Shown here one piece after another: positions 39,587-49,187 of a stretch of 64,000 nucleotides of DNA. A model generated the notes under the pieces. That model was not told the origin of the DNA and did no database searches. It was given only the letters and a program-made list of their open reading frames with translations. Made by a program: the position numbers and the translations under genes. Each line of letters begins with the position of its first letter. Positions within the stretch are counted from its first letter, which is position 1. Source of the stretch: Bryobacterales bacterium (GTDB taxonomy: Bacteria > Acidobacteriota > Terriglobia > Bryobacterales > UBA6623). The DNA is taken from positions 2,792,436-2,856,435 of the forward strand of contig OY729422.1 in assembly GCA_963422305.1 (NCBI GenBank), in the 5' to 3' direction.

Positions 39587-40233
39587 TCAGTTCGTCAGAT
39601 TGAGGAGACTCTCAAGCTCGCCGACGATCGCGAGCGCCGACGTCGCAGTCTGTTTTGGGATATCCGCCACGCCCCCGACCTTTCGTCTTAAACGTTGCAG
39701 GGCAGCCCGCGCTTGCTCGTCCGTCGCGCCTTCTTGGAACATCTTCAGGAAGTCGCGCCAGTACCTTGAATTGATGCCGCACAGCTGCACGTCGCCCAAC
39801 GGAACTTTCTCAAGGTTTGGGTGTTGGCGTTCCCTGCGACGTGCCCCATACCCTTGTCCCACACGTTGCAGCAGCGATACGTCCAGCCGTGCGCCGCCAG
39901 CGCCGGATGAACATTGGCCCAACCGATCTCCGTGTTCCAGAACCATAAGGTCGTGGCCGGCGTCGAACGAGCGCTCCACGCGCGTATATGCGACTCGTAC
40001 CATTCTGCCAAAGAGTCCACAGTGCGGTGATCCCCGGGAAAGCCGTTGACGCCGTACGGACCGTCCGAGATCAGACAGGTCGGCGCGGGCCACGCCCCGT
40101 AGCAATCTTCAGCGCGGCCAAAGTAGAGATGCGCATTCCCACGGGAAAAGCCTTCGTCGGACGCCGGTTCTGGCCGGCGCGCGCACTGTCGTGAGAATAA
40201 GACGCCCTGTCCCGGGGGCGAAAAATCACTCAT
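39587..40233 (-). pseudogene. DNA methyltransferase-like remnant (DGPYG catalytic-type motif), frameshifted and apparently truncated
   Basis: From ATG 40233: ...CLISDGPYGVNGFPGDH...TTLWFWNTEIGWANVHPALAAHGWTY..NVWDKGMGHVAGNANTQTLRKF. The sense then continues in another frame (PLGDVQLCGI...) after an apparent 1-nt loss near 39800-39805. No FxGxG/SAM motif follows before the stop at 39587. The family assignment is from memory of similar amino-MTases. Confidence 0.45.
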
Positions 40234-40440
40234 GATTTCGCCTTCAGCGTAGCATTCGCAATCTCGGAACCGCCAAGCCGCTCCTGGAAGGCGACCGGGC
40301 GCGAGTGGCGGTGTCTTTTCTCGTATGCGCCCCTTGCATTCACCGGCCGGCCCGCTTCCCGCAGTCCGGGCGGCCGCACAGGAAGAAGAATCGAGACGGG
40401 CGGAAGAAGAGCAGCGTGAGGAGCGCCTCGGCAACTCCTT

Positions 40441-41874
40441 TCAAATATCGAACGGAACGTCGTCGTCAGCGCCGCCGCTCGCCGGTTCGTCGTCGCCGGC
40501 TTTTTCGATGTCCTCAGCCAAGTTCTCGAACTTGGCGAACCTGTTCAAAAACGCCAGCTTAATTTTCCCTGTGGGGCCGTTACGTTGCTTCGAGACGATC
40601 AACTCCGCAATCCCGTGCAGATCCTCACGGGCCGGCTTGTAAACCTCTTCACGGAAGATGAAGCAAACCATATCCGCGTCCTGCTCGATCGAACCCGAAT
40701 CGCGCAGATCGCTCAGCAACGGCCGATGATCTCCCTGCCGCGTCTCCGGAGCGCGGCTCAACTGCGAGAGCGCAAGAATCGGTATATCCAAATCCTTCGC
40801 CAGCAGCTTCAAACCGCGGGAAAATGCCGAAATCTCCTGCACACGGCTTTCCACCTTGCCCTTCGATCCCAACAATTGCAGGTAATCCACCACCACCAAA
40901 GCCAACCCGTGCTCCGAGCGCAGCCTCCGGCACTTCGCGCTGATTTCCATGATGTTGGTGTCCGCCGAATCGTCGAAAAACAACTTGCTCTGCACCAGCC
41001 GATTGAGTGAGCGGGTCAACCTCTGCCGCTCTTCTCGGTTCAGATATCCGCCGCGGAACCGATGCTGATCGACTTGCGCCTCGGAACAGAGCATGCGGGT
41101 CAACAGAGACTCCTTTGACATCTCCAGCGAAAACACCGCTACGGGCTTGCCCGCGTAGCCCGGCCGCTCCATCGCAATGTGCGCGGCGATATTCAACGCA
41201 AGAGCGGTCTTGCCCATTGCCGGGCGCGCCGCGATCACGATCAACTGCCCGCTGTGCATGCCGGTAGTCATTTCCTCGAACTTGTGGAACGGTCCAGCCA
41301 AACCTTTGGGGCGCCTGCTCGGGTCCAAAAACGTCTGCAGCCCGCCCGGATAGTTCTCGATCGTCCGCTGCGGGCCTTCCAGTCCGGTCCGCAATTGCCG
41401 GTCGCCGATTTTCATGACCGCCGACTCGGCCTCGGCCAGAATCTCGTCCACGCCGCGGCTTTCGTCGATGCACGACGAAATGATCCCCTGCGAGGTGAAA
41501 ATCAAGCGGCGCAGCAGCGACTTGTCTTTGACGATCTTGATGTAGCTGTCGATGCTGGCCAGTCGCGGCAGTCCCTCGTTCAATGACGCGATGTAGGAGA
41601 TGCCGTCCACCGCCTGCAATTGCCCGTGTTTCTCCAGCTCGTTGATCAACGTCAGGTACTCGATGCGCTCTCCGCGGTCGCTCAGATCCGTCATCCGCGC
41701 GAACATTCTGCGGTGCTTCTCGATCGCGAAGTCCTCCGCGTCCAGCAGTCCCGCCACCTGGGCAAACAGCGTATCGTCGAGTAAAACGGAACCGAGGACG
41801 AATTTCTCGGCCTCTATATTGGTCGGGAGACCTTTTTCCAGGGCGAGCGCGTCGGGGGACGTAACTATCGGCAT
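40441..41874 (-). CDS. dnaB: Replicative DNA helicase DnaB
   Basis: 477 aa. N-terminal PTNIEAEKFVLGSVLLD. Walker A ARPAMGKTALALNIA. SLEMSKESL, VVVDYLQLL, LSQLSRAPE and IEQDADMV motifs. Confidence 0.95.
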   Translation of the reverse strand: MPIVTSPDALALEKGLPTNIEAEKFVLGSVLLDDTLFAQVAGLLDAEDFAIEKHRRMFARMTDLSDRGERIEYLTLINELEKHGQLQAVDGISYIASLNEGLPRLASIDSYIKIVKDKSLLRRLIFTSQGIISSCIDESRGVDEILAEAESAVMKIGDRQLRTGLEGPQRTIENYPGGLQTFLDPSRRPKGLAGPFHKFEEMTTGMHSGQLIVIAARPAMGKTALALNIAAHIAMERPGYAGKPVAVFSLEMSKESLLTRMLCSEAQVDQHRFRGGYLNREERQRLTRSLNRLVQSKLFFDDSADTNIMEISAKCRRLRSEHGLALVVVDYLQLLGSKGKVESRVQEISAFSRGLKLLAKDLDIPILALSQLSRAPETRQGDHRPLLSDLRDSGSIEQDADMVCFIFREEVYKPAREDLHGIAELIVSKQRNGPTGKIKLAFLNRFAKFENLAEDIEKAGDDEPASGGADDDVPFDI

Positions 41875-42188
41875 CGTGTATCCTTCGTTGCGAAAAGGCT
41901 TTCAGAATACCCATTAGAGGCCGTGGCGAAAAGCAATTTTTTCAACCTCTTGTTTTCAATGCCTTAGCCTCTGAAGAACGCTGTGGAAAGCGATGTGGAA
42001 AACATCGGAGCGTCCCGCGAGACCCGAACCGCGCATTCAAGCGCCGCACGGCGCCGTCCGCCAGTCAAAACAACCCACAAAAAAATGTTTCGATCTGATT
42101 TTCGCATGACCTGTCGGTCAAGTAAAGAAAATCCCGCCTCGGTTTTCACTGCGACTGAAGGGCTTCATGCGCTGCTACGCTGAAGCCA

Positions 42189-43073
42189 GTGCTGTCCGGA
42201 CGATCCCGCTTCGCCTGCTTTGCCTGGGGCTTCCTCGCCTATCTGATCGCCGTGATCCTCTTCGGGGCGTGGGTGCGCATCACCCATTCCGGCGCGGGAT
42301 GCGGCAGTCATTGGCCGACATGCAACGGCGAGATCGTTCCCATTGAACAGTCGACCGGCGCTCTCATCGAATATACCCACCGACTTACCAGCGGTTTGTG
42401 CGGCATTCTGGGGATCGTTCTGCTTGTTTGGGCCTGGAAAGCGTTCGGCAAGGGGCCCGTCACCGCCGCGGCCGGGCTTACGCTTTTGTTTCTCTTCCTC
42501 GAGAGCGCGATCGGAGCGGGTCTCGTACTCGGCGGCCTGACGGCAAACGACGACTCAGCCGCGCGGGCGGCGGCGATCGCGATTCATCTGGTCAACACTC
42601 TTTTCCTGACGGCGTCCGCGGCGCTCTGCGCGTACTGGCCGCGGGCGCGCGATGCCGACCGCAACGTCTTCGCCGGCCGCGCCCCTGCATTCGCGCTCGG
42701 TATGGCGGCCTTCATTCTGACCGCGGCCAGCGGAGCGGTGACGGCGCTGGGCGATACCCTTTTTACATCCGCAGAGGTCATTGACGCCGGGCATTTTCTG
42801 GTCCGCCTCAGGATCGTTCATCCTTTCGTCGCCGTGGCCGCAGCCGGCTATCTGCTGTGGCTGCTGGCGCCTCAAGCCCCTACCGACCCTTGGTCCAAGG
42901 CGGCTATGCATACGGCCGGCGCGCAAGTCGCCCTCGGATTTCTCAACATCGCGCTGTCAGCGCCGGCTTGGCTGCAGATCGTTCATCTGCTTGCCGCGAA
43001 CGTCTTATGGGTCTGTCTGGTCATAGCCGCCGGCGTTCGGACGGAAAACAAACGACGACCGGTGGAGGCGTGA
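42189..43073 (+). CDS. ctaA: Haem A synthase-like (COX15/CtaA family) membrane protein
   Basis: 294 aa, multi-TM. RITHSGAGCGSHWPTCNGE and EYTHR motifs are typical of CtaA. GTG start. Confidence 0.8.
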   Translation: MLSGRSRFACFAWGFLAYLIAVILFGAWVRITHSGAGCGSHWPTCNGEIVPIEQSTGALIEYTHRLTSGLCGILGIVLLVWAWKAFGKGPVTAAAGLTLLFLFLESAIGAGLVLGGLTANDDSAARAAAIAIHLVNTLFLTASAALCAYWPRARDADRNVFAGRAPAFALGMAAFILTAASGAVTALGDTLFTSAEVIDAGHFLVRLRIVHPFVAVAAAGYLLWLLAPQAPTDPWSKAAMHTAGAQVALGFLNIALSAPAWLQIVHLLAANVLWVCLVIAAGVRTENKRRPVEA

Positions 43074-43091
43074 CCGCCGCAGGCGATGCGG

Positions 43092-44516
43092 CTAAGCAAT
43101 CAACTCGCGGACCACGCGGCCGTGAACGTCGGTCAGGCGGAAGTCGCGGCCCGCATAGCGGTACGTAAACCGCTCATGGTCGAATCCCAGCAGATGGAGC
43201 AGCGTTGCATGTAAGTCATGCACGTGAACCTTGTCCTGCTCCGCTCGAAAGCCGAACTCGTCTGTCGCGCCGTGAACGTATCCCGGCCGCGTCCCGCCTC
43301 CGGCCAGCCACATCGAGAACCCGTAAGAATTGTGATCGCGGCCGTTTTGGCCGGTGTTCGCGCCGAAAGTTGTCAACTCGACGACGGGCGTCCGCCCGAA
43401 TTCGCCTCCCCAGATGACCAGCGTGTCATCGAGCATCCCGCGCTGTTTGAGGTCGGTCAGCAGGGCGGCGATCGGGCGGTCGCACTGGCCGGCCAAGCGG
43501 CGGTGATTCGCTTCGATTTCGTTATGGCTGTCCCAGGGTTGCCCCGCCCCGTGCCAGACCTGTACGAAGCGCACTCCTTTTTCGAGCAGCCGCCGTGCGA
43601 TCAACATCTGCCGCCCGTGCAGCGTTTCGCCGTACAATTCGCGGATTTTCGCGGGCTCCGCGTCGACGTCGAACGCATCCGCGGCCTCCGCCTGCATGCG
43701 GTAGGCCAATTCGAACGACTGCACGCGGGCTTCCAAGAGCGGATCTTCTCCCCGCTGCTCGTTATGCGCCCTGTTCAACTCCGCCAACAAATCCAACTGC
43801 CGCCGCTGTGCCTCTCGACCGCTGAAACTGCTGCGGACGTTGGCAATCAACTTCTCGGGCTCGCTGTATTTCGTGTCCACGTGCGCGGCCTGATAAGCGC
43901 CCGGCAGAAACGCCGAACGCCAGTTCTTGGCGCCCCAGATCGGATAGCCGCCGGGACACAGAACAATGAATCCCGGAAGATTCCTGTTCTCCGTGCCCAG
44001 GCCGTAGGTCAGCCACGAACCGAAGCTCGGCCGCGACAATTGCGTCGTGCCGGTATTCATCATCATTAACGATGGGCCGTGATTGGGCACGTCGGTATGC
44101 ATCGAACGAATCACGCACAGGTCGTCGACATGCTCGCCGACCTTAGGGAATATCTCGCTGACCTCGATGCCGCTACGGCCGCGCCTGTGGAACTCGAACG
44201 GCGACGGAAAAGCCGCTCCGGTCGGCCGCTCGGTGCGCAAATGAATGGGGATGGATTGTCCCGCGTATTTCCGCAGGGCGGGCTTGGGGTCCCAAGTATC
44301 GACTTGCGACGGCCCGCCGTTCATAAAGATGTGGATAACCCGTTTGGCCTTTGCCGGTAATGGCGGCGGTTTCGGCGTCAGCGGATCGGAGGAGTCGAAC
44401 GCAGGCTCGGCGTCAGCGCGCAACGCGGCCAAGGCAACGGCGCCCATACCCATCGTCGATTCGCGCAAGAAACAGCGCCGGCTCACGAAATCGTTTGGCG
44501 GCTCGAGAAATGTCAA
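43092..44516 (-). CDS. DUF1501 family protein with Tat-like leader
   Basis: 474 aa. VSRRCFLRESTMGMGAVALA; IHIFMNGGPSQVDTWDPKP; GSWLTYGLGTENRNLPGFIVL; GGEFGRTP. Confidence 0.9.
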   Translation of the reverse strand: MTFLEPPNDFVSRRCFLRESTMGMGAVALAALRADAEPAFDSSDPLTPKPPPLPAKAKRVIHIFMNGGPSQVDTWDPKPALRKYAGQSIPIHLRTERPTGAAFPSPFEFHRRGRSGIEVSEIFPKVGEHVDDLCVIRSMHTDVPNHGPSLMMMNTGTTQLSRPSFGSWLTYGLGTENRNLPGFIVLCPGGYPIWGAKNWRSAFLPGAYQAAHVDTKYSEPEKLIANVRSSFSGREAQRRQLDLLAELNRAHNEQRGEDPLLEARVQSFELAYRMQAEAADAFDVDAEPAKIRELYGETLHGRQMLIARRLLEKGVRFVQVWHGAGQPWDSHNEIEANHRRLAGQCDRPIAALLTDLKQRGMLDDTLVIWGGEFGRTPVVELTTFGANTGQNGRDHNSYGFSMWLAGGGTRPGYVHGATDEFGFRAEQDKVHVHDLHATLLHLLGFDHERFTYRYAGRDFRLTDVHGRVVRELIA

Positions 44517-44531
44517 GATATTCCCCCTTTT

Positions 44532-47500
44532 TTAGTCCACGAACGCGAACTCGTTCGTCATCAGCAAGACTTGCGCGTACTGCTCCCAGGCGTCGAGCGA
44601 TTTTTCGTCCGGCAGGCGGAAGTCGTCCGCCGCGCTCCAGCGCCTCGCGGTCATGCCGGCTTCTTTCTGCGCGGACGAGAGCGTTTCTTCGATCACCGGC
44701 GCCCATCTGAAAGCGTCGGATTCGTAGTCTCCCCTCGAGTCCACTACGAAGTCGAGCGTCTCCCCGCGTTCGACTTCGAGCCGCTCGATGTCAGTTGCCG
44801 CCTGCATGCCCGTGAGGGTCCAGCCGGCCACCGCGCCGCTCCGGCCGGACACGATCCAACCGCGAATGCCGTTCGAGTAACCGAATCGTTGCGCCTGGTC
44901 GCTCATTGAGTGGTTCAATGTTCCCTCGATCGCGATCCGTCCATCGATCGGCGATATCCAGCGCCGCGTCACTGCCGCTGCAAGGTCGTCGCCCGGCGCG
45001 CCGCCCTGCGCGGTCAGAGAAGCCCGTCCGCCGCGTCGGGCGGGCAGGATCGCCCCGTGTTGCAAGCGCTCGCCTTGCCGGTAGGCGAACTCGCGGAATC
45101 CGCTTACGCCTGCCCCGTTCGCAGCGAGGGCAACCGTTCCGTAGCGCCAGGGGCTTGCGGGCGGCTGTTCGCTTTCCGCTGCGCCGGGATGATTGCGCAT
45201 AAAACGCTCGGCCGCCTCCGCTTCGTCGGGGCGCGGCTCTCTGCCGAGCAGCCGCTCGTAAAGCTCGGCGATCCGCCCGGCGGAATTCGTTGCCGTCAGA
45301 CCCGCGGCGACCGCCCGCGCCTGCTCGCCGACGAACGGACTGTTGAGTAGGAACAGCGCCTGCTGCGGCACGGTAGTCAGCGAACGCTGCGCCGTGTGCT
45401 GCTCGGGATTCGAAAAGTCGAACGAACGCATCAATCCCGACGGCTCTTCCCGAGAAATGTACGCGTAGATCGAGCGCCGCGTCGCCGCGGGCCGCGCCTC
45501 CAAAGCAAACGGAGGTCCGCCGACGGCGCTGTCGAGACGCCCCGCGACCGCCAGCATGGAGTCGCGCAGAGCTTCGAAATCCATGCGGCGGCGGTTTTGC
45601 CGCCACAACAGCCGGTTGGTCGGATCGACCGCCGCGCAGTCCGGCTCATCACCGCTGCGTTGGCGGTAAACACGCGAGAGCATCACCCGCCGAATCAGTT
45701 TCTTCACCGACCAGCCGTCCTCGATGAAGGCCACCGCCAAGTAGTCGAGCAATGCGGGATGCGAGGGACTGTCGCCGCGCTTGCCGAAGTCGCTCGGCGT
45801 ACGCACCAGGCCCTCGCCGAAAAGATGCTGCCAGACGCGGTTGACCATTACGCGCGCCGTCAAGGGGTTGTCGGCGGAGGCGATCGCCCGCGCCAGTTCA
45901 AGCCGTCCGCTGCCGTTGCGAAACGGCTCGTTGGAGATGACGGAGACGAAATGAGGCTCGACCCGCGCGCCCTTGTCGTGTTGATTTCCGCGCACGAAAA
46001 CATAGGCCGGTTGGCGTTCGGCGGCATCGGCGACGGTCATCGCGTGCCGCGGTCCTCCTCGGAAACTCCAATCCGTCATGACGGCGTGGTACTGCCATTT
46101 GAGCGCCTTCATGACGTTGGAGTCGCCTTCGTTCTGTATCCACCAGAAATCTTCGATGGGAACGTTCGTCGGCGCCTCGGCGCCGCGCAGCGTCTGCCGC
46201 AAGCGTTCGCGTTCGGCATCGGGCCACGGTGCGCCGCGGTCGGCCTCCGCCAGCCGCGCCGCGAGGTCTTTCGCTCCCGCCGCCGCCTCCAGGCCGGCAA
46301 GCAGAGCCGATCCCTCGTCTTCCCGGGCAAGAAGGTATTTGCGCCAACGCTCCAACAAGTACTGGTTCAGGTTGTTCTCTTTGCCGAGAGCCTCTAACCG
46401 GCGGTTCGACAGGTTGCGCCCGCGCCATGCGGCATTGATGTAGCGTTCCAGCGCTTCCGGCTTGCGGAATTCGGCGGTGTGCCAAGCCAAGCGCTCGCGG
46501 CGGAATGCGTTGATCCGCTCGCGGCGCATTTTCAGCTTTTCTTTGAAGAACCGCGCTTCACCGCCGCTGGGCGCCGACTCGATCGGAATCGGCTCGAGCA
46601 CATCCGGCGAGTTCAAAAAAATGCTGTAGATCGAGTAATAATCTTTCTGAGGAATGGGATCGAATTTGTGATCGTGGCAGCGTGCGCAGGTGACCGACAG
46701 TCCCAGAAACCCGCGTGTCACCACGTCGATTCTGTCGTCCAGGTTTTCCGGAACGTCCGTGGGGCGGGGAAGATTGATGCCCACGGTCAAAAAACCCAGA
46801 GCTGCGAGATGCCGCCGGTCGTCTCCGGTCAGGTCCGCCGCGATTTGCCGTGTAATGAACCGGTCGTAAGGCATGTCTTCGTTGAAGGCGTCGATGACCC
46901 AGTCGCGGTATGTCCACGAGATGGGGAACGGCCGTGCTTGGAAGCCTTCGTCCGCGTAGCGCGCAGCGTCGAGCCAATACCGCGCCCATCGCTCGCCGAA
47001 GTGCTTGGATGCCAGCAGACGGTCGACAAGCTCGCGGTAGGCGCCGTCCGACGAGTCCGATGTAAAAGCTCGGACGTCTTGCGGGCTCGGCGGTATCCCG
47101 ATCAGATCGAAGTACGCGCGGCGGATGAGCGTCCGCCGGTCCGCTTCCTCCGAAGGCGGCAGTCCGGCGGCGTTGAGCTTCGCTTCGATGAAGTGGTCGA
47201 TCGGCGTCAACGCCCAAGCGCTGATCTTGGCCGGAGGCTCCGGGCGCGCCGGGCGTATAAACGCCCAATGTCCGTCAGCCCGATCCGCGGACGATGCGGA
47301 CGGACCGGCCTCATCGGGCATCGGCGCGCCCATGCGGATCCACTGTTCGACCGCAGCGATCTCACCGCCCGCGAGCTTACCCGTCGGCGGCATCTTGACT
47401 TCGCCCTTATAGCTCAGGACGCGCGCCAGCAGGCTGCGCTCGGGCTTGCCGGGGACGACCGGCGGGCCGGCGTTGCCTCCGGCCAGAATCGCTTCCGGCG

Positions 47501-47684
47501 AATCAACGCGCAGACCGCCCTGAGCTTGGGGGCTCTGCCGGCTGTGACAGGCGTAGCAATTGGCCGCCAACACCGGACGCACGTTTTCCTCGAAAAACCG
47601 CTCCCCGGCGCGGTCTTGGGCTTGAACAGCCGCGACCGCCGGCAACGCCACTGTAAGGATACTGATTGCTCGTCTGGAGTTCAT
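44532..47684 (-). CDS. PSCyt1 (CxxCH) / DUF1549 / DUF1553 protein with long extra C-terminal region
   Basis: 1050 aa with a signal peptide. CYACHS, RRAYFDLIGIPPS, CARCHDHKFDPIPQKDYY and a DUF1553 block, then about 300 additional residues. Confidence 0.9.
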   Translation of the reverse strand: MNSRRAISILTVALPAVAAVQAQDRAGERFFEENVRPVLAANCYACHSRQSPQAQGGLRVDSPEAILAGGNAGPPVVPGKPERSLLARVLSYKGEVKMPPTGKLAGGEIAAVEQWIRMGAPMPDEAGPSASSADRADGHWAFIRPARPEPPAKISAWALTPIDHFIEAKLNAAGLPPSEEADRRTLIRRAYFDLIGIPPSPQDVRAFTSDSSDGAYRELVDRLLASKHFGERWARYWLDAARYADEGFQARPFPISWTYRDWVIDAFNEDMPYDRFITRQIAADLTGDDRRHLAALGFLTVGINLPRPTDVPENLDDRIDVVTRGFLGLSVTCARCHDHKFDPIPQKDYYSIYSIFLNSPDVLEPIPIESAPSGGEARFFKEKLKMRRERINAFRRERLAWHTAEFRKPEALERYINAAWRGRNLSNRRLEALGKENNLNQYLLERWRKYLLAREDEGSALLAGLEAAAGAKDLAARLAEADRGAPWPDAERERLRQTLRGAEAPTNVPIEDFWWIQNEGDSNVMKALKWQYHAVMTDWSFRGGPRHAMTVADAAERQPAYVFVRGNQHDKGARVEPHFVSVISNEPFRNGSGRLELARAIASADNPLTARVMVNRVWQHLFGEGLVRTPSDFGKRGDSPSHPALLDYLAVAFIEDGWSVKKLIRRVMLSRVYRQRSGDEPDCAAVDPTNRLLWRQNRRRMDFEALRDSMLAVAGRLDSAVGGPPFALEARPAATRRSIYAYISREEPSGLMRSFDFSNPEQHTAQRSLTTVPQQALFLLNSPFVGEQARAVAAGLTATNSAGRIAELYERLLGREPRPDEAEAAERFMRNHPGAAESEQPPASPWRYGTVALAANGAGVSGFREFAYRQGERLQHGAILPARRGGRASLTAQGGAPGDDLAAAVTRRWISPIDGRIAIEGTLNHSMSDQAQRFGYSNGIRGWIVSGRSGAVAGWTLTGMQAATDIERLEVERGETLDFVVDSRGDYESDAFRWAPVIEETLSSAQKEAGMTARRWSAADDFRLPDEKSLDAWEQYAQVLLMTNEFAFVD

Positions 47685-47722
47685 CGCAAGTTACTTCATA
47701 GTATTATCAACAAGCGCATGTC

Positions 47723-49075
47723 TTATCGACTGCCGACGACCGCTTCCCACGCCGCCATCTCCGTCATCATGCGGCTCACGCGCTGCGGCTCTTCCGCTGC
47801 GATGTCGTTTTGCTCGGTCATGTCCGTCCGCAAATTGTAGAGCTCGGGCTTGGCGGCGCCGAGTTGCACGAGCTTCCAGTCGTCCCGGCGCATCGCCCGT
47901 TTTTCTCGCATCTTCCAGAAGAGGCTTCGTTGCGCAAGCGGCGCGCCCTCGACCAGCAGCGAGGCGAGGCTCACGCCGTCAAAGGCGATGCCGCTTGAGG
48001 ATGCTCCCGCCAAATCCATCAACGTAGGGAATAAATCGAACGTTGACGCCGTCTCGTCGGTAAGCCCGGGGGCGATGCGTCCCGGCCACCAGGCGATCGC
48101 CGGCACGCGGTGGCCGCCCTCGTAAACATCCGTTTTCTGGCCACGGAGCGGACCATTGCTCGAAATGTTGTGGAAGCCTCCCTCGTAGGTCAGGTACCCA
48201 CCGTTATCGGACGTGAAAATTACCAGCGTGTTTTCCTCGATCCCGCGGTCGCGCAGCGCCTGAACGATGGCGCCGACGCTGCCGTCCACGGCCTCGATCA
48301 TCTCTTGAACTTTCGCCGAAACGTCTTTGCTTTCGTGGATGCCGAGCTTACTGAAATCCCGGTAGTCGCCCCCTTCTATGCGGTAACCGCTTTCGTTCGG
48401 CCCCTGCCATGGGAAATGGATGGCAAGATGCGGCACATACAGGAAAAACGGCCTGTCGGCGTGCTTTTCGATGAAGGCGACGCTGTGCCGGGTGATCAGA
48501 TCGACGCTGTAGCCTTGCTCCATGTCGATCTCGCCGTTATGCCACCAGTCTTTGCGTCCGGAGCGGTCGATGTGGGAATGATGGTCGCCGCCGCCGGAGG
48601 TCAGTCCGCGAAAATCGTCAAACCCCTGATTGCCGGGCATGAAAGGCGCATGGTAACCGAGATGCCATTTGCCGTACATGCCGCAGGCGTAGCCGGCCTT
48701 GCCCAGCGCGTCAGCGATGGTGAGCGCATCGACCGGCAGCCCGATGTCGTAATGCGCTTGGCCCGATAGCGCGGCCTCGAACTCCGTCCCGAAGCGTTGT
48801 TGATAGCGGCCGGTGAGCAAGGCCGTCCGCGTCGGCGTACACATCGGCCCGTTGGCATGAAAATCGGTGAAGCGCAAACCCTCCGCTGCCAGACGGTCGA
48901 GATTCGGCGTCCGGTTTCGGGCGTTGCCATAGCAGCTGAGATCGCCGTACCCCAGATCGTCCGCGAGAACGATCACGAAATTCGGGGGGCGCTTTCCGGA
49001 TTCGGCCGTTGGCGGGCCGCAGCCTGCCGCAGCCGGCCATGCCGTGAGACAAATCCAGACGAATCGGCAAAGCAT
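47723..49075 (-). CDS. Sulfatase (lipoprotein-like signal)
   Basis: 450 aa. NFVIVLADD, and PMCTPTRTALLTGRY signature. Confidence 0.9.
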   Translation of the reverse strand: MLCRFVWICLTAWPAAAGCGPPTAESGKRPPNFVIVLADDLGYGDLSCYGNARNRTPNLDRLAAEGLRFTDFHANGPMCTPTRTALLTGRYQQRFGTEFEAALSGQAHYDIGLPVDALTIADALGKAGYACGMYGKWHLGYHAPFMPGNQGFDDFRGLTSGGGDHHSHIDRSGRKDWWHNGEIDMEQGYSVDLITRHSVAFIEKHADRPFFLYVPHLAIHFPWQGPNESGYRIEGGDYRDFSKLGIHESKDVSAKVQEMIEAVDGSVGAIVQALRDRGIEENTLVIFTSDNGGYLTYEGGFHNISSNGPLRGQKTDVYEGGHRVPAIAWWPGRIAPGLTDETASTFDLFPTLMDLAGASSSGIAFDGVSLASLLVEGAPLAQRSLFWKMREKRAMRRDDWKLVQLGAAKPELYNLRTDMTEQNDIAAEEPQRVSRMMTEMAAWEAVVGSR

Positions 49076-49187
49076 TGCTTCCGGCGTCAGTATAACTGTA
49101 AATCCCCGCCGCGGCGCGCAGCCGGGAATGAACTATGTATACTCTCGGCTCAAGCCCCGCCGTTCAGGGTTGTGAAGCGGGGCGAAT

